64,000 nucleotides of DNA from Gammaproteobacteria bacterium. GTDB taxonomy: Bacteria > Pseudomonadota > Gammaproteobacteria > Steroidobacterales > Steroidobacteraceae. The notes beneath the pieces are model-generated. The model saw only the letters and a program-made list of their open reading frames with translations, made no database searches and was not told the origin of the DNA. Below, one piece after another: positions 1-9,514 of the stretch (positions are counted from its first letter, which is position 1; the number at the start of each line of letters is the position of its first letter). The stretch is taken from positions 259 to 64,258 of the forward strand of contig JAFAPI010000114.1 in NCBI GenBank assembly GCA_019247195.1, written 5' to 3'. The position numbers and the translations under genes were made by a program.

Positions 1-363
1 GTCGAGCGCATCCGGCTCGCCGGCGCCTTCGGCAGTCACATCGACGTGAAGTACGCGATGGTGCTGGGCATGATCCCCGACTGCGACCTCAGCCAGGTCT
101 CATCCGCAGGCAACGCTGCGGGAACCGGCGCACGCATCGCGCTGCTTGATCAGGCCTCGCGGCGCACCATCGAAGAGCTGGTACGCCGGGTCGAGAAGAT
201 CGAGACGGCGATCGAGCCGAAATTCCAGCAGCACTTCGTGGCGGCGATGGCGCTCCCGCACGCGAGCGCGCCGAGCACACATCTGCGTAAGGCCGTCACC
301 CTTCCCGCCCCCAAAGCGCCCGCGCCGCGCACCAGCACGCGCTCGCGGCGCCGCGGCGGCTGA
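1..363 (+). CDS. C-terminal fragment of an ASKHA-fold corrinoid reductive-activation protein (RamA/AcsV-like, DUF4445). The 5' end lies outside the window.
   Basis: Frame 1 is open from nt 1 to the stop at 361-363. The translation (..RLAGAFGSHIDVKYAMVLGMIPDCDLSQVSSAGNAAGTGARIALL..) resembles the conserved C-terminal block of RamA-type activases. The gene is convergent with an MttB-family gene. Confidence 0.6.
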   Translation, partial: VERIRLAGAFGSHIDVKYAMVLGMIPDCDLSQVSSAGNAAGTGARIALLDQASRRTIEELVRRVEKIETAIEPKFQQHFVAAMALPHASAPSTHLRKAVTLPAPKAPAPRTSTRSRRRGG

Positions 364-365
364 GC

Positions 366-1940
366 TCAGACGTTCGAGTCGGGGAAGGAAGACTTGCGGC
401 GGCTGATATAGTCGAGCAGCGCCTCGTCCACCGCGGGGTCGAGGGGCGGTGCCTCGTATTCCTGCAGCTGCTTCTTCCACAGCACGTTGGCGCGCTGGGT
501 CATGTCCTGGGCGCCTTCCGCCTCCCACTGCTCGACGCTGTTGTTGTCGGCGAGCGGTGAGCGGTAGAAGGCGGTCTGGAAGTTAGCCTGGGTGTGCGCG
601 CAACCCAGGAAATGCTTGCCCGGCCCGACCTCGCGGATCGCATCGAGCGCCTGGCCGTTCTCGGACAGATCGACCCCGGCCAGCAGCGTGTGCATCATCC
701 CCGCCTGGTCGACGTCCATGACGAACTTCTCGTATCCCATGGCCAGCCCCCCCTCCAGCCAGCCGGCGGTATGCAGCACGAAATTCACGCCGCCGAGGCA
801 AGTGGGGAGCAGCGTGTTGGCGGACTCGTACGCCGCCTGCGCGTCCGGGATCTTGGCGGCACACAGCGAGCCGCCGGAGCGGAACGGCACGCCCAGACGC
901 CGCGCCAGTGCGGCCATCGCGTACAGCACCAGCGCCGGTTCGGGGGTACCGAAGGTGGGCGCGCCGGACTGCATCGACAGCGAGGAGGCGAAGCTGCCCA
1001 GCACCACCGGCGCGCCCGGATTGACCAGCTGGGCGAGTGCCATGCCGGCCAGTGACTCGGCGAGGGTCTGCGCCACGGTGCCGGCGACGGTGACCGGCGA
1101 CATCGCCCCCGCCAGGATGAAAGGCGTGACGATGGTCGCCTGATTGGCGCGCGCGTAGACCTTGAGCGCGCCGAGCATGGTGGCATCCCAGGTGAGCGGC
1201 GAGTTGGCATTGATCAGGCTGATGACGCAGGTGCGCGGCTGTCCGCTCGCCGGGTCGGTGAACTGGTCGCCGAACAGGATACGCGTCATCTCTACCGTGT
1301 CGCGCGCGCGATCCGGGTGCGTCACCGAACCCATGTACGGCTTGTCGCTGTACTTCATGTGCGCGTACACCATGTCGAAGTGCCGCTTGTTGACCGGCAG
1401 ATCGACGGGTTCGCAGATGGTGCCGCCAGAGTGGTGCAGCGAGTTGGAGAGGTAGGCGAGCTTCACGAAGTTGCGAAAGTCCTCGATTTTCGCGTAGCGG
1501 CGTCCCTCGTCGAGACTGCGCACGAACGGCGAGCCGTAGGCCGGAGCGAATACGGTGCGATCGCCGCCGATCACGACGTTGCGCGCAGGGTTGCGCGCAT
1601 ACTGCGTGAACTCGCGCGGCGCCGAGCGCTGTACCAGCGTGCGGCACAGGCCGCGGGGGAAGCGCACCCGCTCGCCCTGAACGTCGGCGCCGGCGCCGCG
1701 CCACAGCTGCAACGACTCCGCATCGTCACGGAAGTCGATGCCGATCTCCTCGAGGATGGTGTCGGCGTTATGCTCGAGCAGCTCGAGCCCTTCGTTGCTG
1801 AGCACCTCGTAGTAGGGGATACGGCGCGTGATATAGGGCACGAAGGCGTGCGAGCGCGCCGTGCGCGCGGCGATCTTGGCGTCACGGCCGCTCGGCCGGC
1901 GCGAGCGGACCGGCGGGCTCTGGGTCGGCGGCGCGTCCAT
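366..1940 (-). CDS. MttB-superfamily (trimethylamine methyltransferase-like) corrinoid-dependent methyltransferase, non-pyrrolysine type
   Basis: The 554-aa ORF has an MttB-like N-terminus (IPYYEVLSNEGLELLEHNADTILEEIGIDFRDD) and is uninterrupted, with no in-frame amber codon. I chose the internal ATG at 1940 (MDAPPTQ..). The upstream extension is Arg/Ala-rich. Confidence 0.8.
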   Translation of the reverse strand: MDAPPTQSPPVRSRRPSGRDAKIAARTARSHAFVPYITRRIPYYEVLSNEGLELLEHNADTILEEIGIDFRDDAESLQLWRGAGADVQGERVRFPRGLCRTLVQRSAPREFTQYARNPARNVVIGGDRTVFAPAYGSPFVRSLDEGRRYAKIEDFRNFVKLAYLSNSLHHSGGTICEPVDLPVNKRHFDMVYAHMKYSDKPYMGSVTHPDRARDTVEMTRILFGDQFTDPASGQPRTCVISLINANSPLTWDATMLGALKVYARANQATIVTPFILAGAMSPVTVAGTVAQTLAESLAGMALAQLVNPGAPVVLGSFASSLSMQSGAPTFGTPEPALVLYAMAALARRLGVPFRSGGSLCAAKIPDAQAAYESANTLLPTCLGGVNFVLHTAGWLEGGLAMGYEKFVMDVDQAGMMHTLLAGVDLSENGQALDAIREVGPGKHFLGCAHTQANFQTAFYRSPLADNNSVEQWEAEGAQDMTQRANVLWKKQLQEYEAPPLDPAVDEALLDYISRRKSSFPDSNV

Positions 1941-2055
1941 GGACGGTCCTCGGCTTACGACGGGGCGGCGCGCCCCCGCGACATTATGGGCAGCCGCATG
2001 CACGGTAACTGGCCGGTTTGCGGCATGCACTTCTCCGGCTGCGCCAACGCCACGG

Positions 2056-3981
2056 CTAAGGTTCCTCCACTACCGGCAGGGCGACGAAGCTCGCCTGCTC
2101 CCCGGCGTGGAACACTCGCTGCGTCGCGCGCTGATAGTCCTGTGCGCGCGCGGTGAAGATGTTCGGCACGAAGGTCTGGGGGTTGCGGTCATAGAGCGGG
2201 AACCAGCTCGACTGGATCTGCACCATCAGGCGGTGACCCGGCTCGAAGACATGATTGACCTGCGGCAGGTCGAAGCGATAGCTCTGCACCTTGTTGGCGG
2301 GAATGGCCTGCGGCACCGCGAGGTTATCGCCGTAGCGGCCGCGCAGGATGTCCATCGCGATACCGAGCTGGTACCCCCCGAGCGGCGGGTCGTTTGGCAC
2401 CTCGTCCGGATATACATCGATCAGCTTAACCACCCAGTCACTGTCGGTTCCGCTGGTGCTGGCAAAGAGCTGCACCTGCGGCGCTCCGGCGATGTGCAGC
2501 GGCTGAGTGAGCGGTGCGCTCACGTAGGTAAGGACGTCGGGTCGGTCGGCGACGAAGCGCTGATCGACGACCAGCCAGCGCTGCCACGCGGTGCGGTCGT
2601 TGAGCAGCACCGGACGCGGGCTGAAGGGCACCGGCTTGGACGGATCGGAGACATACTCGTCGAAGGCCCGCGCGGCGCGCGGCGGCGGTGCGAACCCCAG
2701 GCCGAAATCCGCCTGCAGGTACAGCTTGCGCGGGCTGTGCGGACAGCCACTTGCGCAGGACAGCGGCCACACCGGCAGGCGCCGCCACACGTTGGTGCCG
2801 GTCTCGAACACGAAGGCCGGCGGCGTGTCGGCGCGCGGGACTGCGTCGAGCAGGTGCTGGTCGAGGAAGGGCTGCATCACGTCGCGCCGGAACTGCAGCG
2901 CGGTGTTGCCTGCGAACTTCAGCGGTCCGATGGTCGTCCCGTCATAGTTGACCCCGCTGTGGCGCCAGGGCCCGAGCGCGAGGTAAACGAGGTCGTGCTG
3001 CGTGTCCTGCGTTTTGGTCGCGGCGTAGGTATGCACCCCGCCGTACATATCCTCCTGATCCCAAAGGGAGGTGACATACAGCGTCGGCACCCGCAGGGTC
3101 TCGTGTGCCAACAATTGATCGAGCGCCTGCGTACGCCAGAATTCGTCGTAGGCCGGGTGCTGCACAACCTTCTGATAGAAGGGCAACTGCTCGATGCCGA
3201 AGCGCCGTGCGAAGTCATCGGCCGATCCGGCGCGCAGGAACAGTTCGTAATCATCGTTCGAGCCGCGCGCGATCTCGAGGCCCTCGCCCCGCTTGGTGGT
3301 CTGGCTGTAGAAGTAATCGAAATTCGACTGGCGGAAGGCACCGTTATGAAACCAGTCATCGCCCTTCCAGCCATCAACCATCGGGCACATCGGCACCGCC
3401 GCCTTCAGTGCCGGGTGGGGGTGGATGAGCGCCATCAGCACCGTGAAACCCTCGTAGGAGGAACCGATCATGCCGACCCGACCGTTCGACTCCGGCACGT
3501 TCTTCACCAGCCAGTCGATGGTGTCGAAAGCATCCGTCGAATGATCGACCGGCGTCGGGTTGAGCACCCCGTGCAGCGGTCGGTTCATGATGTACTCGCC
3601 CTCCGAGTCGTACTTGCCACGCACGTCCTGGAAGACACGGATGTAGTCGCCGCGCGCCGCGAACACCTCATCGCCCATCGGCAACGCTGCCAGCAGGTGC
3701 GGGCTGACGAAGCGCTCGGCGCGCTTGGCAGCATGGTAGGGGGTACGCGTGAGTATCATCGGGGCCCGGTGTGCGCCCTTGGGGATCACGAGCACCGTGT
3801 AGAGCTTGACTCCATCGCGCATCGGGATCATGACTTCGCGCTTGCTGTAGTCCCAATCTTGGGCGGGTGGCGTGAAGTGCGGCGGAATGTCCGGCTGCGT
3901 AGGCGGGGTTTGCCCGGACGCGCTGCCGGTCAAGGCGAAGACCCACAGCCCCAGGAACAAGACTCCCGCCGTCGTGCGCAT
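2056..3981 (-). CDS. Secreted CocE/NonD-family (X-Pro dipeptidyl-peptidase S15-like) serine hydrolase
   Basis: Family-typical blocks are present: RDGVKLYTVLVIP, ILTRTPY and the GSSYEGF nucleophile elbow. A signal peptide (MRTTAGVLFLGLWVFALTGSASG) follows the ATG at 3981. Confidence 0.8.
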   Translation of the reverse strand: MRTTAGVLFLGLWVFALTGSASGQTPPTQPDIPPHFTPPAQDWDYSKREVMIPMRDGVKLYTVLVIPKGAHRAPMILTRTPYHAAKRAERFVSPHLLAALPMGDEVFAARGDYIRVFQDVRGKYDSEGEYIMNRPLHGVLNPTPVDHSTDAFDTIDWLVKNVPESNGRVGMIGSSYEGFTVLMALIHPHPALKAAVPMCPMVDGWKGDDWFHNGAFRQSNFDYFYSQTTKRGEGLEIARGSNDDYELFLRAGSADDFARRFGIEQLPFYQKVVQHPAYDEFWRTQALDQLLAHETLRVPTLYVTSLWDQEDMYGGVHTYAATKTQDTQHDLVYLALGPWRHSGVNYDGTTIGPLKFAGNTALQFRRDVMQPFLDQHLLDAVPRADTPPAFVFETGTNVWRRLPVWPLSCASGCPHSPRKLYLQADFGLGFAPPPRAARAFDEYVSDPSKPVPFSPRPVLLNDRTAWQRWLVVDQRFVADRPDVLTYVSAPLTQPLHIAGAPQVQLFASTSGTDSDWVVKLIDVYPDEVPNDPPLGGYQLGIAMDILRGRYGDNLAVPQAIPANKVQSYRFDLPQVNHVFEPGHRLMVQIQSSWFPLYDRNPQTFVPNIFTARAQDYQRATQRVFHAGEQASFVALPVVEEP

Positions 3982-4075
3982 GCGCAAACCTCGCTGATTA
4001 GGGGTGGACGCAGCGTAGCAGAATGCCGCGCCTCCCCTATTGCCCGCCGCCGGTGTCGCGGCGCTAGGATGCGTC

Positions 4076-5530
4076 ATGAGCCTCGAGCCGCTGCTGGACG
4101 CGTTGCGTCGTTTGTTGCCGGCGGACAGCGTTCTGAGCGCGAGCGAGGAGCGGCGCGGCTACGAGTGCGACGCGCTGACCGCCTACCGGGAGGTGCCCGC
4201 GGTCGTGGTGCTGCCGCGCAACGAGGCTGAGGTACAGGCGGTGCTGCGCCACTGCCACCGGCTCGGGGTGCCCATCGTGGCGCGCGGTGCGGGCACCGGG
4301 CTCTCCGGCGGCGCCACGCCGTATCCCGGCGGGGTGCTGCTGTCGCTGGCGCGCATGAACCGTATCCTGGGTCTTGATGCGCTTGCGCGCACGGCACGCG
4401 TCGAGCCCGGGGTGGCGAACCTGCGCATCAGCGAGGCCGCACGACCGCACGGTCTGTATTACGCACCTGACCCGTCCTCGCAGGTTGCGTGCACCATCGG
4501 GGGCAACGTCGCCGAGAACTCAGGGGGGGTCCATTGCCTGAAGTACGGCCTGACGCTGCACAACGTCCTCGGGGTGCGTGGCTACTCGGTGAGTGGCGAG
4601 CGACTGCATTTCGGTGCCGCCGCCCTCGATGCCCCTGGTCTCGACTTACTCGCACTGACCATCGGCTCCGAGGGGCTGCTGATGGTGGTGACGGAGGTGC
4701 TGGTCCGCCTCATCGCGCGTCCGGCCTGTGCACGGGTCGTGCTGGCATCGTTCGCGGAGGTGCGCAGCGCGGCCGCCGCGGTGGCGGAGATCGTCGCCGC
4801 CGGCATCATCCCCGCCGCTCTGGAGATGATGGACCGCAAGGCGACCGCGGCGGTCGAGCCCTTCGTGCGCGCCGGCTATGACTTGTCCGCCGCCGCCATC
4901 CTGCTGGTCGAATCCGACGGCACCGCGCCCGAGGTGGAAGCGGAAACCGCACAAATCGTCGCGCTGCTGCGCGGTTGCGGAGCGACGGCGCTGCAGGTGG
5001 CGAGCTCCGAGCTGGAGCGGCAGCGCTTCTGGTCCGGACGCAAGAGCGCCTTCCCCGCGGCCGCCCGGCTGGCGCCGGACTACTACTGCATGGACGGTAC
5101 CATCCCGCGCAAACACGTCGGCGACGTCCTGGAGGCGATCGAACAGATGGAAGATCGCTACGGCCTGCGCTGCATGAATGTCTTCCATGCCGGCGATGGC
5201 AATCTGCACCCGCTCATCCTCTACGACGCACAACAGCCGGGCAGCTGGGAGCGGGCCGAGCGCTTCGGTGCCGAGATCCTCGAGTTGTGCGTGGCGCTCG
5301 GTGGCACCATCACCGGTGAGCACGGTGTCGGGCTGGAGAAGATGAACTCCATGTGCGTGCAGTTCTCCCCCGCCGAGCGCGCCGCGTTCACGGCCGTGAA
5401 GGAGGCCTTCGACCCCGCCGGCCTGCTCAATCCCGGCAAAGTCATCCCCACCCTGGCGCGCTGCGCCGAGTACGGACGCATGCACGTGCATCGCGGCGCT
5501 CTGCCGCACGCTGCACTACCGCGCTTCTGA
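4076..5530 (+). CDS. glcD: Glycolate oxidase FAD-linked subunit GlcD (FAD/FMN-containing dehydrogenase)
   Basis: FAD-binding PCMH blocks are present (VVLPRNEAEVQAVLRHCHRLGVPIVARGAGTGLSGGA) and the C-terminus carries GGTITGEHGVG..LNPGK. An AGGA lies 6 nt before the ATG at 4076. Confidence 0.85.
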   Translation: MSLEPLLDALRRLLPADSVLSASEERRGYECDALTAYREVPAVVVLPRNEAEVQAVLRHCHRLGVPIVARGAGTGLSGGATPYPGGVLLSLARMNRILGLDALARTARVEPGVANLRISEAARPHGLYYAPDPSSQVACTIGGNVAENSGGVHCLKYGLTLHNVLGVRGYSVSGERLHFGAAALDAPGLDLLALTIGSEGLLMVVTEVLVRLIARPACARVVLASFAEVRSAAAAVAEIVAAGIIPAALEMMDRKATAAVEPFVRAGYDLSAAAILLVESDGTAPEVEAETAQIVALLRGCGATALQVASSELERQRFWSGRKSAFPAAARLAPDYYCMDGTIPRKHVGDVLEAIEQMEDRYGLRCMNVFHAGDGNLHPLILYDAQQPGSWERAERFGAEILELCVALGGTITGEHGVGLEKMNSMCVQFSPAERAAFTAVKEAFDPAGLLNPGKVIPTLARCAEYGRMHVHRGALPHAALPRF

Positions 5531-5532
5531 GC

Positions 5533-6591
5533 ATGCACCCCGAGGACACGCTGCTCGGCGCACTACGCGGCCGGCTGCTCGAGGCGCTGCGCCACGGCAC
5601 GCCGCTGCAGCTGCGCGGTGCCGGGACCAAGGATTTCTATGGCGAGCGCCTGGAGGGCGAGGTATTCGCGCTGGCCGCGCATCGTGGCGTACTCGCCTAC
5701 GCGCCGGAGGAGCTCGTCATCACCGCGCGCTGCGGCACGCCTCTGTCGGAGCTCGAGGCCACACTGCGGGAAGGGGGACAATTTCTGCCTTTCGAGCCGC
5801 CGCGCTTCGGCGGGGACCCGACCGTGGGAGGTATCGTGGCGAGCGGGCTGGCCGGCCCGCGTCGGCCTTACGTGGGCGCGGTGCGTGACTTCGTGCTCGG
5901 CGCACGACTGATGAATGCGCGCGGTGAATCGTTGCGCTTCGGCGGTCAGGTGATGAAGAACGTCGCGGGCTTTGACGTCGCGCGGCTGCTGTGCGGCTCA
6001 CTCGGCGTGCTCGGGATCATCACCGAGGTATCGTTGAAGGTGTTACCGCGGCCGGCGCGCGAGGAGACGCGCCAGTTCGAATGGCCGGCAACGGTGGCCG
6101 TCCAGACCTTCAACAGCTGGGCTGCCGAGGGCATACCGCTCTCCGCTGCGGCCTGGAGTGCCGGTTGCGCGCGTGTGCGCCTCTCCGGTGCGCACGCCGC
6201 GGTCCAAGCCGCGGCACTTCGTCTCGGGGGAGAGCCCTTAGCTGCGCAGCACGGCGAGGCCTGGTGGACCGCGGTGCGCGAGCTGACCCTGCCTGGCCTC
6301 ACGGGTCCCGTGCTGTGGCGGGTGTCCGTGCCACCGATCGCGCCCGTGCAGGCGGGTAGCGTCCTCATCGACTGGGGGGGCGCGCTGCGCTGGCACGCCG
6401 ACGATGCCGACGGCAACTTGCGCGCACAGGCGCAGGCGGCTGACGGGCACGCGCAAGCCTGGCGCGGGGTAGCTGCGGGTCGGCGTCTGCACCCGCTGCC
6501 GGTCGCGACGCGCGCGCTGCACCAGAGGCTGAAGGCGCGGTTCGACCCGGATGGCGTCTTCAATCGCGGGCGACTGATAGCGGACCTTTAG
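5533..6591 (+). CDS. glcE: Glycolate oxidase FAD-binding subunit GlcE
   Basis: The ATG lies 2 nt after the glcD stop. The translation is GlcE-like (LQLRGAGTKDFYG..MKNVAGFDVARLL..LHQRLKARFDPDGVFNRGRL). Confidence 0.8.
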   Translation: MHPEDTLLGALRGRLLEALRHGTPLQLRGAGTKDFYGERLEGEVFALAAHRGVLAYAPEELVITARCGTPLSELEATLREGGQFLPFEPPRFGGDPTVGGIVASGLAGPRRPYVGAVRDFVLGARLMNARGESLRFGGQVMKNVAGFDVARLLCGSLGVLGIITEVSLKVLPRPAREETRQFEWPATVAVQTFNSWAAEGIPLSAAAWSAGCARVRLSGAHAAVQAAALRLGGEPLAAQHGEAWWTAVRELTLPGLTGPVLWRVSVPPIAPVQAGSVLIDWGGALRWHADDADGNLRAQAQAADGHAQAWRGVAAGRRLHPLPVATRALHQRLKARFDPDGVFNRGRLIADL

Positions 6592-7304
6592 GCTTCCGCA
6601 GCGTGCGCCTGCGCCATCGCCGCCATGCTGACGAAGCGGAAGTCGAAGGGCGGAGTGCCCTGCGGCGGTCGCGTCGCGCCCCACCCCTGCTGATCGTGAC
6701 GCCGGTCGATCCACGCGGTGGCGAGCCCGGCTTGGTGAGCGGGCGCGTGGTCATGATGCAGACTCTGCGCGGTATGCAGGATCTGGGAGCGCGGGATCCC
6801 GAGGCGGCCCACCGTCTCAATGAGGTACGCGAAGTTGCGCGGGTCGGGCTTGTAGGAGCCGATGTCCTCGGCGGTGCAGATCGCATCGAACTCGACGCCG
6901 AGTTGCGCCCGGCTCTGTGCGAAGCTGGCCCGATCCACGTTGGAAAGAATGACGAGCGGGTAGTGACGCTTGAGGTACCGCAGCGCATCCGCGGAATCGG
7001 CAAACGCGGGCCACTTACCCACCGACGCGCCGAAGGCGGCGTGCGCGTCCTCAGGCAGGTACACCTCCCAGTGCGCCGCCAGCCGTCGATGCACGGTCGC
7101 CAGGAGCTCCGGATAGCGCATGCGCGGAGTCGCGCTTTGCTGGGCCGACTCGTGCCGGCCGAATTCCGCGAGCAGCTCGTCGCGCGACAGGGTCAGTCGC
7201 CCGGCGTCCACCAACGGCTGCAGCGCGCGGACCAGCCCCGCCTCCCAATCGATCAAGGTGCCGTAGCAGTCAAACGTCAGCACGGAAAAGTCATGTAGGC
7301 GCAT
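6588..7304 (-). CDS. Type II haloacid dehalogenase-like hydrolase (HAD superfamily)
   Basis: HAD motif I is present (FDCYGTLIDWE) and the C-terminal part is typical (SNVD..YKPDPRNF). The ATG at 7304 gives MRLHDFSVLTFDCYG. Confidence 0.8.
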   Translation of the reverse strand: MRLHDFSVLTFDCYGTLIDWEAGLVRALQPLVDAGRLTLSRDELLAEFGRHESAQQSATPRMRYPELLATVHRRLAAHWEVYLPEDAHAAFGASVGKWPAFADSADALRYLKRHYPLVILSNVDRASFAQSRAQLGVEFDAICTAEDIGSYKPDPRNFAYLIETVGRLGIPRSQILHTAQSLHHDHAPAHQAGLATAWIDRRHDQQGWGATRPPQGTPPFDFRFVSMAAMAQAHAAEA

Positions 7305-7315
7305 GGCCGTTCTGC

Positions 7316-8161
7316 CTAAAGATGCACGGTGCCGCGGCCGATCTCGATGACCTCGCCGCTGACGTGGATTTGTCGCTGCGCGTCGACCTGCAGCCGCAAG
7401 CTGGAGGGGCGACCGGTGTACTCGCCCTGCGAGATCTCCACCTCGCACGGCAACGCGGCGCCAGTCGCCAGGAACCAACCACCGAGGTTTGCGGCGGCCG
7501 ATCCCGTCGCCGGGTCCTCGCTGACGCTCAGCCCGTGGGCAAAGAAGAAGCGCACCAGCAGGCCGCCCTCAGCAGCGGCGAACACATAGGCCATGGCATG
7601 TCCGCCGCGACTGCGCAGCTGCTGGAGCAGGTCGGCGCGGATCCGGGCGCGACGCACGGCACTCTCGTCGCGCAGCGGAATCATCAGCTGCTCGCTGCCG
7701 GTGTCCACCCACAGCGGCCGGTCGCCGATGTCCTCCTTGTCTATCCCCAGCATCGAGGCGAGCACGAAGGGCGGTTCAGCCACCTCGCGCCAGGTCGGCG
7801 CGCGCGCCGCCAACGTCCAGCGATCCCCGCTCGCGCGCACGGGAATCACGCCGGCCGGCATCTCCAGCGACAGCTGATCCCCGCCCAGCCCGAGTGCCCG
7901 GCACACGTGCGCCGTCCCAAGTGTCGGATGCCCCGCGAAGGGCATCTCGAAAGTCGTCGTGAAGATGCGTACCCGCGCGCTGCAGCCCTGTTGCGCCGGC
8001 AGGATGAAGGTGGTCTCGGACAGATTGAACTGCAGCGCGAGCGCCTGCATCGTCTGCGCGTCAAGTCCCTGCGCCCGCTCGAACACGCACAAGGGATTGC
8101 CGCTCCAGACGACGCCTGCCCGCGTGAAGACATTGACGAGCCGGTAGGCGTAAGTGCTCAC
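7316..8161 (-). CDS. PhzF-family isomerase-like protein
   Basis: The N-terminus (LVNVFTRAGVVWSGNPLCVF..LALQFNLSETTFI) and a length of 281 aa are typical of the PhzF family. Confidence 0.85.
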   Translation of the reverse strand: MSTYAYRLVNVFTRAGVVWSGNPLCVFERAQGLDAQTMQALALQFNLSETTFILPAQQGCSARVRIFTTTFEMPFAGHPTLGTAHVCRALGLGGDQLSLEMPAGVIPVRASGDRWTLAARAPTWREVAEPPFVLASMLGIDKEDIGDRPLWVDTGSEQLMIPLRDESAVRRARIRADLLQQLRSRGGHAMAYVFAAAEGGLLVRFFFAHGLSVSEDPATGSAAANLGGWFLATGAALPCEVEISQGEYTGRPSSLRLQVDAQRQIHVSGEVIEIGRGTVHL

Positions 8162-8201
8162 GAGGCTGGCATTCTAACCGCCGCTTGCTAGGATCACAGC
8201 C

Positions 8202-8927
8202 ATGCCCACGGAGCTTCTGTTCCGCGACGATGCGTATCGGCGCACCACTGAGGCGCGGGTGCTGAGCGTGTCGGACCGTGGCGTCGAGCTCGACCGGACC
8301 ATCTTTTATCCCCAGGGCGGTGGGCAGCTGGGCGACAACGGTACGCTCACCCGTGCGAATGGAAGCGTGCTGCGCATCGTGGACGCCCGCAAGGGCGATG
8401 CGCCCGACAGCGTGTGGCACCTACCCGAGCCGGATAGCCCGTGGCCCGAAGTGGGTGAAGAGGTGCGCTTGGCGCTCGACTGGCCACGCCGCTACGCCCT
8501 GATGCGGTTGCACACCGCCCTGCACCTGCTGTCGTGTGTCGTCGTCGCGCCGGTGACCGGCGGCAACATCGCACCCGAGAAGGCGCGGCTCGACTTCGAC
8601 ATCGATCTGAACCAGCTCGACGCGACGCGCATCGAGCGTGAGACGAACGCCCTCATCGCCACGCGGGTGGCGACCGAAACCTGCTGGATCAGTGACGCGG
8701 AGCTCGAGGCGCAGCCCGAGCTCGTCAAGACCATGAGCGTGCAGCCGCCACGCGGTGCCGGACGGGTGCGGTTGTTGCGTATTCCGGGCATCGACCTGCA
8801 GCCATGTGGAGGCACGCACGTCGGCAACATCGGCGAGATCGGCGCGATCCGCGTGCTGCGCGTCCGCAGCGAGGGCAAGCGCAACAAACGCGTGGAGATT
8901 TCCCTCGCGACTTCCCCGGGCAGTTAA
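8202..8927 (+). CDS. AlaX-type alanyl-tRNA editing protein (Thr/Ala-tRNA synthetase second additional domain)
   Basis: The zinc/editing motifs HTALHLL and CGGTHV are present in a 241-aa protein. Confidence 0.8.
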   Translation: MPTELLFRDDAYRRTTEARVLSVSDRGVELDRTIFYPQGGGQLGDNGTLTRANGSVLRIVDARKGDAPDSVWHLPEPDSPWPEVGEEVRLALDWPRRYALMRLHTALHLLSCVVVAPVTGGNIAPEKARLDFDIDLNQLDATRIERETNALIATRVATETCWISDAELEAQPELVKTMSVQPPRGAGRVRLLRIPGIDLQPCGGTHVGNIGEIGAIRVLRVRSEGKRNKRVEISLATSPGS

Positions 8928-9514
8928 CGGGCGGCGGAAAAGTATTCCTGCAGCGAGGCGACGCCGAGTCGCTGCGCCTCGAAGAGGCTTTCCAGGTGCT
9001 CACGGGAGTTGACCAGGCCGCGCGCGCGCAGCACCCCGTCCGCATCGAGCAACGCGGCGAAGGGCAGTCGGCTCACCTGATAGGCGAGGCCGAGCGCCGG
9101 GGACACCACGTAGGGGATGGCCTCCAGACCCTGGGCGCGCACGAAGGCGCGCTGTTCTTCGAGCGCCCCATCGCTCGCCAGGATCACGTCGAGCCAGGCG
9201 CGCTCGTGGCGGCCGCTGGACTTAACCGCCGGTAGCAGCGTCTTGCATACCGGGCAGGTGGGCGAGACGAACAGCAGCAAGGTGCTGCGCCCCGGTGTCG
9301 CGGCGCCGATGATCCGCAGCTCTCCCTGCAGGTCCCGCACCTCGAGGCGTGGCGCGGCCTCGCCCACGGCCAGTCCCCGGGTGAGCATCAACGCCCCGGC
9401 CGGCGCGATGCGCTCGTGCAGTACCCCCAGCTGGCGGACCACGGCGAGCAGCACTCCGGCCAGCAGCAGGACGAGCGCCCAGAGGATCACATTCGACACG
9501 GCCAGAGGAGTCAT
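8924..9514 (-). CDS. mauD: Methylamine utilisation accessory protein MauD (membrane-anchored thioredoxin-like protein, CPVC)
   Basis: The internal ATG gives MTPLAVSNVILWALVLLLAGVLL (TM anchor). The redox motif is FVSPTCPVCK. The start overlaps the mauE stop in an ATGA at 9511-9514. Confidence 0.8.
   Translation of the reverse strand: MTPLAVSNVILWALVLLLAGVLLAVVRQLGVLHERIAPAGALMLTRGLAVGEAAPRLEVRDLQGELRIIGAATPGRSTLLLFVSPTCPVCKTLLPAVKSSGRHERAWLDVILASDGALEEQRAFVRAQGLEAIPYVVSPALGLAYQVSRLPFAALLDADGVLRARGLVNSREHLESLFEAQRLGVASLQEYFSAAR

Noticed and set aside
1861-4230. A 789-aa ORF on the plus strand spanning the CocE-hydrolase locus.
   Set aside because: It runs antisense to a gene with clear family motifs. 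The translation is Arg/Gly/Ala/His-rich low complexity with no recognisable domain. This is the typical stop-codon-poor shadow frame of GC-rich DNA.
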